This document shows positions 37,600 to 47,452 of a stretch of DNA of 64,000 bases, piece by piece (the first letter of the stretch is position 1; each line of letters starts with the position of its first letter). Below the pieces are notes generated by a model, which was not told the DNA's origin, did no database searches, and saw only the letters and a program-made list of their open reading frames with translations. The translations under genes were made by a program, and so were the position numbers. Origin of the DNA: Candidatus Saccharimonadota bacterium (GTDB lineage: Bacteria > Patescibacteriota > Saccharimonadia > QS-5-54-17); assembly GCA_050486185.1 (NCBI GenBank), contig JBJHCT010000001.1, positions 82,216-146,215 of the forward strand, given 5' to 3'.

Positions 37600-39162
37600 T
37601 TAGAACAAACTAGTCTGAGAGGGTCGGTTGTTAAAACCTCCAGTATCATCACTATCTTTTTTGATATCTTCATTGTTTTGACCCTTTTCTACCAACTCAA
37701 CTAAAAATCGATATATCTCGACCATAGCCAAAGTATCAAGGGCGCAATACTTTACTAGATCATCAAATATCTTGTCTTTATCTGGTGCTTTTTCAATAGC
37801 TGCTTTGTACCAAGAACTTTGTGCGCTCATGCCGTCGGCTATATCTAAATCTCGGTAACTTAGCTCTGGTGCGATGGCTGGCAAGACCTTTTTGATACTA
37901 GCACTACCGGCAAAGCTCTTGTCGATATACCAGCCCTTAGAAAAAGGTATCATCAAATCAACAATTCGCTTATTGACTTGTTTCATCCAACTCTTATATT
38001 CCGGTACCAACTCGCCCATATCGCTGTTTCTACCCATCTCAAAAGCCTGATACCAGACCAAGATACTTCCCTCACCTCCTAAGTCTTGATGCAATCTCTC
38101 AAGTAGTCTCGGTGTAGGGTTATCATCTCCTCTATCTAGGTATTCAAAATGCTGCAACTCACCCCCAGGGCTATCGAGTACATGCAAGGAGTACTGGAAA
38201 GGAATCTCTTGATAGGCGCCGGTGCCAGGATAGATCGGTACGGAATGTGAGACAGTCTCATAGTCTAAAAACCACAACGGAAACTCTAGCTTATTTAAAA
38301 ACTTCTCAATCTTCTCAAGTTCAATAGGCGGTGTTTCTTGCCAAGCTTTAATCTGGCTTTGTTGACGAGCATTAAAACCCTCTAGATCATTTACTTGCTT
38401 TAAGCTATCTACTCCACCAGCATGTAGCAGCTTTACATCTTCAGGTTTTAACTGAGCTAGCTTGTATATATGTTCCGGTGGTAGCTCTGGGTTTAAGTGT
38501 AAATACATCGGCAACCAAATACCTAAGTTACCGGCATATTCTAGGCCTAAATCTGGGCAGGTTTTTTGATCTAATACCTTTAAGGCTTTGGGTATTTGCT
38601 GCTCTACTTCAGGTATTCTCTGTTTGACTTTGTAGGTGATCTTTTTTTGACTGACTAGTAGCTCTGGTTCGATATTCTCTCCTCGTTTGTACTCTTTATT
38701 AACATAAAGTAGATAGATATCACCTACCTTGACCCCCATCTCCTCCCAGGCTACGGCCTGAAAAGCCAGATCCGATAGATGATCATCCTTCACGCTAGTT
38801 GAGCTCTTTACTTCATATAGGTCCCAAGTCTTGCCGCTACGTTTTAAGACGTCACTTTTAACTAGTAACCCTCTATCCGTAAATGCGGTGGCTTGAAAGA
38901 TTGTTTCAACACTCTCATCTTCCATTAGTCTTTTAGTTTGATTAACTAGCAGGTCAAACTCCCAAGGTTTAGCATCAACTAATTTAGCGCTCGGGAACAA
39001 TTTACGAGCTTGGGCTTCAAAAGCATGCCCTTTATCGAACATAAATTGATCGGACGTGGTTATCGGTGGTAGTTTCTTCTTATCGAACTTCTCTAGCCAT
39101 AAATAGCCTGGATGAATTAGCCAGTGCATGAAGTTGGATTTGGATAGGTATTTACTCAACAT
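37600..39162 (-). CDS. DUF2779-like protein with a RecB/Cas4-type PD-(D/E)XK nuclease core
   Basis: N-terminus LSKSNFMHWLIHPGYLWL resembles DUF2779 starts. TWDLYEVKSS looks like a hhDxK-type nuclease motif. Confidence 0.4.
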   Translation of the reverse strand: MLSKYLSKSNFMHWLIHPGYLWLEKFDKKKLPPITTSDQFMFDKGHAFEAQARKLFPSAKLVDAKPWEFDLLVNQTKRLMEDESVETIFQATAFTDRGLLVKSDVLKRSGKTWDLYEVKSSTSVKDDHLSDLAFQAVAWEEMGVKVGDIYLLYVNKEYKRGENIEPELLVSQKKITYKVKQRIPEVEQQIPKALKVLDQKTCPDLGLEYAGNLGIWLPMYLHLNPELPPEHIYKLAQLKPEDVKLLHAGGVDSLKQVNDLEGFNARQQSQIKAWQETPPIELEKIEKFLNKLEFPLWFLDYETVSHSVPIYPGTGAYQEIPFQYSLHVLDSPGGELQHFEYLDRGDDNPTPRLLERLHQDLGGEGSILVWYQAFEMGRNSDMGELVPEYKSWMKQVNKRIVDLMIPFSKGWYIDKSFAGSASIKKVLPAIAPELSYRDLDIADGMSAQSSWYKAAIEKAPDKDKIFDDLVKYCALDTLAMVEIYRFLVELVEKGQNNEDIKKDSDDTGGFNNRPSQTSLF

Positions 39163-39279
39163 TACTTATTTAAGAGTAGAGGTAGAGGCAGTAAAATGCA
39201 AAAAAGTACTTGTGTGTTCGTATTGTGTTCGTATATAATAAATATAAACAATTATTAATTAAACAAGGAGGTTTACCTT

Positions 39280-39513
39280 ATGTCTCAACAACTACTATCA
39301 ACCAATCAAAAATACCATGATGTTATGCTCAGCTCCACTTCAGCTAAGCCAAAACTTTTTGGCCGCAAGAAAGGTAGATACTACCCTACCGGGACTCGTC
39401 AGCTAATGGACGGCCGCATGGAAGTAACTTTTTATCTACCCCCTTCCATATTGCGTCAGTGGCAGTCCGCTATTACTAACGGTAAGCGTATACGTCTGTT
39501 CGTACCTAACTAA
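39280..39513 (+). CDS. Hypothetical small basic protein
   Basis: Strong RBS AAGGAGGT. Confidence 0.45.
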   Translation: MSQQLLSTNQKYHDVMLSSTSAKPKLFGRKKGRYYPTGTRQLMDGRMEVTFYLPPSILRQWQSAITNGKRIRLFVPN

Positions 39514-39588
39514 TACTTGACCAAAACCGATACACGTTGCACAATTATTGTTAGTTGTGGGAGAACTTTTCAATCAAGGGAGTGAGAA

Positions 39589-39957
39589 ATGAACACCATT
39601 ATTGCAATCGTGATGGCAGTATTGGCGGCGGTGGTTCTGTCGAGGGCTTTTCAGTCCTTGCAGATCTACCTTTACAACCGTAGGTACCAGACGCCGGATC
39701 AGGAGTCAGATGTCCTGCTCGGTTTTCTTGTTGATGTGCAGGTCTCTGGGGTAGGCAGAAGGGATGCTACTATCATCGTGCCGGACGATGCGGCCAAGAA
39801 GTATCTCAACTTCCAGGACGTGCGTGTCGAGGAAGAGATTGGACGGCAGTTGTCGGCGAAACTCAGGTCTCATCTGCCTGTTGCTTGGTGGAAGCGTTTG
39901 GCCGTAAAGCCCAAAACTGTACAGATCATCAAGTGCAAAAATGCTCAGCTGTTGTGA
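39589..39957 (+). CDS. Hypothetical membrane-anchored protein encoded in a GC-rich island
   Basis: RBS GGGAG. N-terminal transmembrane helix. GC-rich third codon positions are atypical for this genome. Confidence 0.45.
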   Translation: MNTIIAIVMAVLAAVVLSRAFQSLQIYLYNRRYQTPDQESDVLLGFLVDVQVSGVGRRDATIIVPDDAAKKYLNFQDVRVEEEIGRQLSAKLRSHLPVAWWKRLAVKPKTVQIIKCKNAQLL

Positions 39958-40056
39958 ACCTCTCCCATCTACGTCTAATCCCCGGATTCTTATTTACCTT
40001 TATCTAGTTATCAACTAGGTTACATTAGGTATTTTAAGGATTCGGGGAGTTTTTCT

Positions 40057-40311
40057 TTATAGGTCTTCTAATAGTTTATCTATACCTTGAGCTAGTTCGT
40101 AGTCTTGATCGGTAATCTCACCTTCTTCATGGCTAGTGAGATTGATAGTGACTTTGGAATAATCATGGATCGATATATCGGGGTGATGGTTCTGTTCTTC
40201 TGCTAGTGCGGCAATTTCACATACTAAAGTAACTGCAGCCATAAAATCCATAGTATCGATTGTGGCTTGCAAGCTACCATCTACTTCTGACCAGCGACTA
40301 TCTATATCCAT
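40057..40311 (-). CDS. Pterin-4a-carbinolamine dehydratase (PCD/DCoH family)
   Basis: FMAAVTLVCEIAALAEEQNHHPDISIHDYSKVTINLTSHEEGEITDQD. Confidence 0.8.
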   Translation of the reverse strand: MDIDSRWSEVDGSLQATIDTMDFMAAVTLVCEIAALAEEQNHHPDISIHDYSKVTINLTSHEEGEITDQDYELAQGIDKLLEDL

Positions 40312-40414
40312 AGTTATTATGCTACATAGTTAGCGGGAATTTCTCAACTCAAATAGTATTTTATTAAAACAGCTGTGCTTTACAGTATGGATAAGGTGCT
40401 GTATCTATATAGAT

Positions 40415-40849
40415 ATGTCAGAAAGTCGGCCAGACGGCACAGGGTACATGAGTGATGTCTACTGGAGTGTTCCAAGAGATTGCTTGGGTTGCCCAAAGCT
40501 GGCTTCAGCTATTAATGATCGAGCTCTAGCTCTTGATATGCAAAGCTTTAATAGCCTAGAAGCGCAAGCGCATGGCTCTGTTGAGGATATTTTAGGTGCT
40601 TTGGGTGAACTTGAAGGAGTAGCTAGAGGTTATCTAGATGCCAGATTGGATCCACCTGAGAATATTTCTTCAACACCTAACTATCGTCGGGGTTTAAGTC
40701 GCAGACTCGACCAAGAGTCTCAAGGGGTTCAGGCAGAAGCCTTTATAGATGAGGTACTGTTAGGTAAGTGCTCGGGTGTAGAACAAAGAAAACAATACTA
40801 TCTATTTGGTAGAGTCGTTATTGAATGCGGCTTTGAAGGTGATGAATAA
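40415..40849 (+). CDS. Hypothetical protein
   Basis: ORF only. Confidence 0.35.
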   Translation: MSESRPDGTGYMSDVYWSVPRDCLGCPKLASAINDRALALDMQSFNSLEAQAHGSVEDILGALGELEGVARGYLDARLDPPENISSTPNYRRGLSRRLDQESQGVQAEAFIDEVLLGKCSGVEQRKQYYLFGRVVIECGFEGDE

Positions 40850-40893
40850 CAATATTCCAAACTGATTTAGAGTTTTAACTAACTATAATTCAA

Positions 40894-41205
40894 CTAACTC
40901 TTATTTAGGGTGTAATAGACTCTAGCCCTATCATCATGTCTATCGATCAATCCTCTAATTTCCAGCTTATCTAGGTAGCGTCTAGCCTGTTTTTCCGATA
41001 CTTTGAGTTTTTCTGATATCTCACCTGGTCCAGCAATGATCCGGTTGTTTTTTAGCATATCTAAAACTTTTAACATATGCTTTTCTCTCTTGCGTCTTCT
41101 TTTGCGGTTTAGATAACTAAAGGGATTAATATCCTCATCAACAGACTGAAGGGCGATACCTGATATTAGGCCTAAAACTAGTATGAGTATGTATACGCGT
41201 GCCAA
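40894..41205 (-). CDS. Membrane-anchored winged-helix (MarR/ArsR-like) transcriptional regulator
   Basis: N-terminal transmembrane helix, then HTH ISEKLKVSEKQARRYLDKLEIRGLI. Confidence 0.5.
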   Translation of the reverse strand: MARVYILILVLGLISGIALQSVDEDINPFSYLNRKRRRKREKHMLKVLDMLKNNRIIAGPGEISEKLKVSEKQARRYLDKLEIRGLIDRHDDRARVYYTLNKS

Positions 41206-41319
41206 GTTGTGAGGTTCCTCTAAAAATTAAGCTACTGACTACTAACATCATAGCATTTAACTAAAAAGAGTGGTGCTTAAATATACTTAAAGATATTAAA
41301 TTGTGTTTAATTATCTAGC

Positions 41320-41772
41320 TTAAACTTCAGGTTCATGTACAGGTACTATGCTTTCAATTCTAGATAGTGGTACGGCTACTTTCTTGCGTTCTTGACTAGT
41401 TTGATCATATTCGGTTGAAGTAAATACTACTATAATACCCTCCCTTGCTAACTGGTCTGCATCATAGTAGGTGCCCCACTTTAAATCATCTAGTCTAATA
41501 CCAGGTAGACTACTAAGAGATCCGCCCAAAACATCTTGACTGTCGGTCATCTCTACTTCTACCTTTTTATCTTCATCAGCTACGACTTCCATAACTTCTT
41601 CTAGTCGGTGCGATAGATAAAACTCTATCTGGTCATCTCCACTTTCTTCTAGCTGGGCTATTTCAGCAGCTACAGCGCCTTCACTCATGCGCAAATAGCT
41701 ATCTAGTTCACAGGTTTGTGTTGCTTGCTCATGCTTATTCATAAGTAACATCCTCTCTAATATACAACCCAA
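41320..41772 (-). CDS. Hypothetical acidic protein
   Basis: ORF only. The internal Met (MNKHEQ) is the likelier start. Confidence 0.35.
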   Translation of the reverse strand: MGCILERMLLMNKHEQATQTCELDSYLRMSEGAVAAEIAQLEESGDDQIEFYLSHRLEEVMEVVADEDKKVEVEMTDSQDVLGGSLSSLPGIRLDDLKWGTYYDADQLAREGIIVVFTSTEYDQTSQERKKVAVPLSRIESIVPVHEPEV

Positions 41773-41931
41773 GGTTTAAATGGGTATCTTAAAATGTGTC
41801 GACTACTATAGACCAACAAATAAATCCTCGTCAATAGCCAGTGACTATAGTAGTTATGTTACAATGACCCATATAAATACCACAATAAAACCTAAGATCC
41901 CCCACAGAGGATAAAAAGGAGTAACTAGTTT

Positions 41932-42543
41932 ATGAACAAAAATATTTTAATAGCTATAGCAGCTGTAGCTGTATTGGCGGTTGGTGCAGCCGTCTATTAC
42001 TTCATGCCAGTAGGTGATGATGCCACCTTAGCGCGTAGAGCTCTAGAGAGTAGAGGTTCGATAACTTGTGATTTTGTCGATGAGCATACTGGTGAGACGG
42101 CCACAATGTATATTCGTAATGGCGATGTTAGAGTTGATGGTGTGTCTTACGGAGTAATGGAAGAAGATGTAGAGGCTGAGACAGCTGAAGTGCCGACCTA
42201 CATGCTACTTAAAGAAGATAGTATGTATGTCTGGGCTGATGGTGAACCTCAGGGAATTATGAGTAGTTTGGGTGCTGAAGAAGATAGCGGTAGTCTAGTG
42301 TTTGAAAACTATGAGGACGAGGATGAATTTAGGGATGACTTTGATCGCGGCGAGTTTGATTGTAGCAGAGGTGCTTCAGCTAGTCTTTTCGATCTACCAT
42401 CAGACGTAGAGTTTGTGGATTTTCAGAGCATGTTTGAGCAACAAATGCCTTCCAGCGATTTTGATGAAGATGCAGATGGATTTGACCAGCAGATGAGCGA
42501 AGAGGAGTTAGAGCAGCTCTTGCAGGAACTAGAGTCTAACTAA
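41932..42543 (+). CDS. Hypothetical secreted, highly acidic protein
   Basis: RBS AAAGGAG. Signal-peptide-like N-terminus and a D/E-rich C-terminus. Confidence 0.45.
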   Translation: MNKNILIAIAAVAVLAVGAAVYYFMPVGDDATLARRALESRGSITCDFVDEHTGETATMYIRNGDVRVDGVSYGVMEEDVEAETAEVPTYMLLKEDSMYVWADGEPQGIMSSLGAEEDSGSLVFENYEDEDEFRDDFDRGEFDCSRGASASLFDLPSDVEFVDFQSMFEQQMPSSDFDEDADGFDQQMSEEELEQLLQELESN

Positions 42544-42790
42544 GCTAGCTCTATATCAATTCTATTCTTTAAATCTACCTCTTTGATTTAATCTGTAATT
42601 TGCCCTGCTTGGTCCATTTAGAATTAGTGCCTTCAGAGCCTTGGCTAGTTGCTGCAATCTCACCTTGTTGAGTTAGTTTACGCCTATTTAACGTAACCTT
42701 ACTCCACTTACCTTGTTTGAGTACATATTTACTGTTTGCCATTATCTTATTTTAACATCTAGCAATTAATAAATCAGTTACTAACAAATA

Positions 42791-42863
42791 AAGTTTAGTC
42801 AGGTGGGGCGATGCGTTCAAGGGTCTCTGCAAGGTTGCCCCCGCTTGAGCATACTTGAACGCA
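42791..42863. repeat. Long imperfect inverted repeat (20/21-nt arms, 32-nt spacer) at the edge of a GC-rich island
   Basis: GGTGGGGCGaTGCGTTCAAG ... CTTGAACGCAaCCGCCCCACC, read directly from the sequence. Sits just 3' of the minus-strand gene 42888..43277. Confidence 0.6.
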
Positions 42864-42887
42864 ACCGCCCCACCTAGTGACCACTCA

Positions 42888-43277
42888 TCAGGGTATTGAA
42901 ACCCTCAGTTCCACAGGCTCCCACCTGCTCTGATCAGGCACCCACTGCAGGATCGGCCCCTTGGTCTGATCCATCAGGAAGCGCAGGAAGGGGTGGTTCG
43001 AGAGGACCTTGACCCAACCCTGAGGGATGCAGGTTGCCTCGATTTCATGAAGAACTCGAGCAGCCCCATCGCCCACGTATGTGGACTTCTTCAAGACCTT
43101 CAAGCAGTCCTGGTAGAAGCCATCTTCATGGGCGCAACAGGAAATCCTGTTGGTCGTGACCCGAAGGTCTTGTGTGAAGACGATTGGATGGAGGAGATCC
43201 CATCCCAGCCGTATCTTGAGCAGGTCAACTGCCTCGAGATCTTCGGCAACGTCCTTGCTGATAAGTGCTTTGGGCAT
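42888..43277 (-). CDS. Hypothetical 129-aa protein encoded in a GC-rich island, likely horizontally acquired
   Basis: About 57% GC with GC-rich third positions, against about 43% for neighbours. No recognisable motifs. Confidence 0.45.
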   Translation of the reverse strand: MPKALISKDVAEDLEAVDLLKIRLGWDLLHPIVFTQDLRVTTNRISCCAHEDGFYQDCLKVLKKSTYVGDGAARVLHEIEATCIPQGWVKVLSNHPFLRFLMDQTKGPILQWVPDQSRWEPVELRVSIP

Positions 43278-43413
43278 ATTCTGCCTTCTTTTCTCCCGCT
43301 ATCACCGAGTTGCGATAACAGATGATATTTTGCAATATATTAATATAGAAATCAAGCACTTAGACGGTAATATAAATGGCTTTGTGTGTCTGTTTATACT
43401 AAACTAAAAATCT

Positions 43414-43770
43414 ATGATAGAGCAGGAACCACAAGATAATACCGATGCAGGGCTAGAGGAAGTAGACTTAGGCGTAGATATAAACTCTCTAAGTTCTGAG
43501 GATTTGCATAGACTAGAACAATCTTTGATTGGTAAATTAGGTGAAGATGAGTATAGATACTTAGTAGATCAAGCTATTGCTTTAACAGTCCATATAGCCG
43601 GTACGGGTGATATACCGCCTGGCTATGATCCGGATAAAGACCCGATTTTAAAAAGAAGAGTTGAGGTTAGTAGAAAAGTGGTTATTGCTACTTTAGCTAG
43701 TGCGCTTGGGGTAGCTACTATAGGGGCTACTGTCTATAAATATAAAGGACACAAAAAGCGAAGATTTTAA
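43414..43770 (+). CDS. Hypothetical protein with C-terminal transmembrane helix
   Basis: ORF only. Confidence 0.35.
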   Translation: MIEQEPQDNTDAGLEEVDLGVDINSLSSEDLHRLEQSLIGKLGEDEYRYLVDQAIALTVHIAGTGDIPPGYDPDKDPILKRRVEVSRKVVIATLASALGVATIGATVYKYKGHKKRRF

Positions 43771-43783
43771 AAGTAAATAATAC

Positions 43784-46534
43784 CTAGATAGCTGTTTGAG
43801 CTAGTTTTTTAGGAGCCTGGAAGCGACGATATATCCATTTACGTAACTCATCAACTACTACTGTCGATAAGGCGGCGAGCAGGATGATACCCCACTCCGA
43901 TAGGCTTAATGGGGTGACGCGCAATAAGAACTGCCCGGCTGATGTATAAAGAGCGGCTATATGCAGAGAGATTACTACTGCTAGAGCTGCTACTATGTAC
44001 TTATTGCCAAAAGGGTTGATGCTAAATATCGATTTGTACTCAGACCTACATATGATTGCTTTATACCACTGGAAAACCACCATAGTTGTTAGCGCTACGG
44101 TGGTAGCCTTGACGTAATCACCATCCACATAGTTGCTGAATATTATCAGGGTAGTTATAGCCATAGTGGATGACATCAGTAGCATCCTTTGCGTCATCCA
44201 GCCATCGATAATCCATTTCTTGGGCTTAACAAATTTCTCTTTAAGTAGACCCGGCTCTTTTTTCTCCATAGCTAGTGCGGCGTCCAAAAATCCATCAGTT
44301 ACTAAATTCAACCACAATAGTTGAGCTGCTAAGACCGGCAATGGATAGCCTAGTAAGATAGCTGCGATTATAACCATCAACTCTCCTAGGGAGGTTGAAA
44401 ATAGGTATAGTAGTACTTTCTTAATGTTTTTGTAGATACTGCGGCCTTCTTCTACAGCCGAGACGATACTACCGAAATTATCATCCAGCAGTATTAAGTC
44501 CGAAGCCTCTTTAGCTACTTCAGTACCGCTTCTACCCATAGCTACACCTAAATCGGCACTAACTAGAGATAGAGCGTCGTTCACCCCATCGCCAGTCATA
44601 GCTACTATCTCCCCTCTTAATTTATAGGCTGAAACAATTCGGAATTTATGCTCAGGGGTAATACGAGCAAAAACGCTGACTTTATTTAGCTTTTCAGCCA
44701 GCTGCTCATCAGTGAGGCTTTCGATCTGATCATCGGTTAGAATCTCATCTCCTTCATGGAATATACCGGCCTCTTTAGCGATAGCCTCTGCAGTAATCTT
44801 GTGATCGCCAGTAATCATAACCACCTTAATACCGGCATCTCTAGCATCGATCATGGCAGCAGCAACCTCCTGGCGTATATCGTCTTTCATGCCTAATAAG
44901 CCGACAAAGGTTAGCTCTGATATATCTTCGACTCCTAATTTATCTATAACGGTCTGTTTCTTAGCCAAAGCTATAACACGTAAAGCCTGGGAGCTCATTT
45001 CAGAAAACTCTTCAGTAATCTTTTGCTTGTCTTCTTCGGTGATGGGCCGTAATTTGTCGTTCTCGCTAACTTGTGAGCAAAGATCTAAAATTACCTCTGG
45101 AGCTCCAGCTACTGCTAGGAACTGAGAGTTATTCACATTATGGATAACGGCATGATATTTAAGCTGTGAATCGAAAGGTATCTCATCTATTTGGGGGTAT
45201 TTTTCGTGCAAGTCATATTTAGAGAAGCCAATCTTCTCAGCTAGTACCTCCATAGCTGCTTCGGTTGGGTCTCCAGCTACTTTCCAAGTCTGCTTTTCCT
45301 CATCAAACGATAATCTAGCGTTAGAGCAGAATCCACCTATTTGAGCTAGGGCTTTAATCTCTGGATGCTGATCAATACTTACAGCCTCTCCATTCAAAGA
45401 GACCTCACCATCTAGCTCGTAACCACTACCACTGACTTGAAATTGAGTGAAGTTGGTATAGACTTTCTCAACTATTAGCTCGTTACGGGTAATAGTGCCG
45501 GTCTTATCTACAGCTATAACTTGAGCTTCTCCTAAAGCCTCAACGGCCTGCAAACGTTTGACCAAAACATTGCGTTTACTCATGCGCCACACGCCAGTTG
45601 CTAATAACAAGGTCATAACTATCGGTAGACCCTCCGGTATAGCAGACACTATTACAGCTACTGCTAGCATAAATATTTCATTAATATCGAAGTGGCCCAC
45701 GAAAAAGCCCAAAGAGAAGATGATGGCGCTTAAAGCCAAGACGATAGCGATAATGATGCGTGATAGATATTTGATGTCACTCTGAAGGGGCACTTCACTC
45801 TCTATCTCTGTCATTTCTTGCGATATCTTACCTATAACGGTATCGAGCCCGGTAGCTACTACCACTGCCTTGCCGGTACCGGCCACTACATGTGAGCCTT
45901 TAAAGACCATGTTTTTTTGATCGGCGGTATTGGCTTTAGAGTTATCTATAGAGTCAGCAAACTTAGTGATCGGATCTGACTCACCGGTTAGAGCAGCTTC
46001 GCTAACCCGTAGGTTATGGGAAAACAGTATACGGGCATCAGCAGGGATCTTCTCACCTTCTTGTAGCAAGATGATATCTCCTGGCGCGACCTCTTCATCG
46101 GTGATAACCGCCTCTTTACCCTCTCTAATGACGGTAGCTTGGGTTTTGGCGAATTGCTTCAAAGCTTGCAGGGTATTTTGGGCTCTACCGGCCTGTATGG
46201 TCCCAGCCACAGCATTAAATAACAAAACAAAGAAGATGATACCGGCATCTATCCACTCATTCAGCAACATCACCACTACACCGGCTGCTAGTAGTAGGTA
46301 TATTAGCGGACTTTTAAACTGCCTAAAGAATATTTTAAATAAGGTGTCTGGTTTGGCTTCGGGTAGCTTGTTGGGTCCGTAATGATCTAGCCTGAGTTTA
46401 ACCTCTTGATTTGATAAGCCCTTTTCGCTATTTGAACCTAAGTCTATAACTACTTTTTCAGCATCTTTAGTGTGCCAAAGACCCAACTTGTTTTTAGTTT
46501 GTGAGGATGAATTTTCTTGGCTACTGAGCGGCAT
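43784..46534 (-). CDS. P-type (E1-E2) cation-transporting ATPase, type IIA Ca2+-ATPase-like
   Basis: DKTGTITRN phosphorylation motif, TGES-like region, MTGDGVNDA hinge, 10-transmembrane layout. Confidence 0.9.
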   Translation of the reverse strand: MPLSSQENSSSQTKNKLGLWHTKDAEKVVIDLGSNSEKGLSNQEVKLRLDHYGPNKLPEAKPDTLFKIFFRQFKSPLIYLLLAAGVVVMLLNEWIDAGIIFFVLLFNAVAGTIQAGRAQNTLQALKQFAKTQATVIREGKEAVITDEEVAPGDIILLQEGEKIPADARILFSHNLRVSEAALTGESDPITKFADSIDNSKANTADQKNMVFKGSHVVAGTGKAVVVATGLDTVIGKISQEMTEIESEVPLQSDIKYLSRIIIAIVLALSAIIFSLGFFVGHFDINEIFMLAVAVIVSAIPEGLPIVMTLLLATGVWRMSKRNVLVKRLQAVEALGEAQVIAVDKTGTITRNELIVEKVYTNFTQFQVSGSGYELDGEVSLNGEAVSIDQHPEIKALAQIGGFCSNARLSFDEEKQTWKVAGDPTEAAMEVLAEKIGFSKYDLHEKYPQIDEIPFDSQLKYHAVIHNVNNSQFLAVAGAPEVILDLCSQVSENDKLRPITEEDKQKITEEFSEMSSQALRVIALAKKQTVIDKLGVEDISELTFVGLLGMKDDIRQEVAAAMIDARDAGIKVVMITGDHKITAEAIAKEAGIFHEGDEILTDDQIESLTDEQLAEKLNKVSVFARITPEHKFRIVSAYKLRGEIVAMTGDGVNDALSLVSADLGVAMGRSGTEVAKEASDLILLDDNFGSIVSAVEEGRSIYKNIKKVLLYLFSTSLGELMVIIAAILLGYPLPVLAAQLLWLNLVTDGFLDAALAMEKKEPGLLKEKFVKPKKWIIDGWMTQRMLLMSSTMAITTLIIFSNYVDGDYVKATTVALTTMVVFQWYKAIICRSEYKSIFSINPFGNKYIVAALAVVISLHIAALYTSAGQFLLRVTPLSLSEWGIILLAALSTVVVDELRKWIYRRFQAPKKLAQTAI

Positions 46535-46655
46535 AAAAGCACTTAACTCTTTCTTTTTTGTTAATTAGTAGTTACTTTTTAACTAAAGTAAAACACTTAT
46601 GCATTAATTGTAGCAAAAAGTTAGCTTATTTAGGATGTTTCTGTTAGCACTTACT

Positions 46656-47366
46656 CTAGCTTTGAGATTCGATCAGCTCTTGCAGTCTTTCATCAAACTC
46701 TTCGTTACTTGGTAATAGCTCAGCTACTTTCTTTTCGATCTCAGCTCTTCTTATAGCTCTTCTTATAGCTCTTATTCTGTCTCTTTCATCATCCAAGACT
46801 TTATAGGCGTGATACATGATAAAGCCAAAGCCTCGCCTAATATATATCGCCCACTTAACATCACTACACAACTTTTCTTCAAGGTCTTCAATCAACTGCT
46901 CGTAAGCATCAGCTCTAGCTAGGCCCTCTTCGCATGCAGCTACCATGTTTTCGACAAATGCATTAAGTAGTGCTATAGATTTTTCTGTCTCATCTGTATA
47001 CTCCGTCTCGTCGTCGTCTTGATCTTCATCATAGCTAGTTATTTCGAGCTGTTTAGACATTCTATTATCGAAATCTATACCTAATAGTTTATGAGCAACT
47101 TTCATGCCTATGAGGCTACCGGCTAAAAAGGTATATTCAACCTGACCTTCATCCATAGGCTCTAGGGTTGATTGGTCTCTAGGTCTAATTATTTCTGCCA
47201 TAAAATCAGCAGTCTCTGTCATATTATAGCTGCCGTATTCTTTATGTAACCAGGCAAGGTAATCTCGCACATCACCATTATTGGTTTCGATATCATCCTC
47301 TATATCGGCGATAATGTCTTCAGGATGAGGTTCACCTGATTGCTGGCTGTTTGATTCGTAAGTCAT
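46656..47366 (-). CDS. Hypothetical acidic protein (contains a 12-nt tandem repeat encoding RRAIRRAIRRA)
   Basis: ORF only. Confidence 0.35.
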   Translation of the reverse strand: MTYESNSQQSGEPHPEDIIADIEDDIETNNGDVRDYLAWLHKEYGSYNMTETADFMAEIIRPRDQSTLEPMDEGQVEYTFLAGSLIGMKVAHKLLGIDFDNRMSKQLEITSYDEDQDDDETEYTDETEKSIALLNAFVENMVAACEEGLARADAYEQLIEDLEEKLCSDVKWAIYIRRGFGFIMYHAYKVLDDERDRIRAIRRAIRRAEIEKKVAELLPSNEEFDERLQELIESQS

Positions 47367-47452
47367 AGTAACTTATTACAAATGTAAATTAGAGAAAAGT
47401 CAATAGATGAAGATTGAGTTAAAACCAAAAGAAACAACCTAATAACTTCTTC

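Noticed and set aside
46747-46785. 12-nt tandem repeat (AGCTCTTCTTAT x2.5) inside gene 46656..47366
   Set aside because: It is in-frame and simply encodes the RRAIRRAIRRA peptide repeat. It is not a CRISPR or VNTR-type array.
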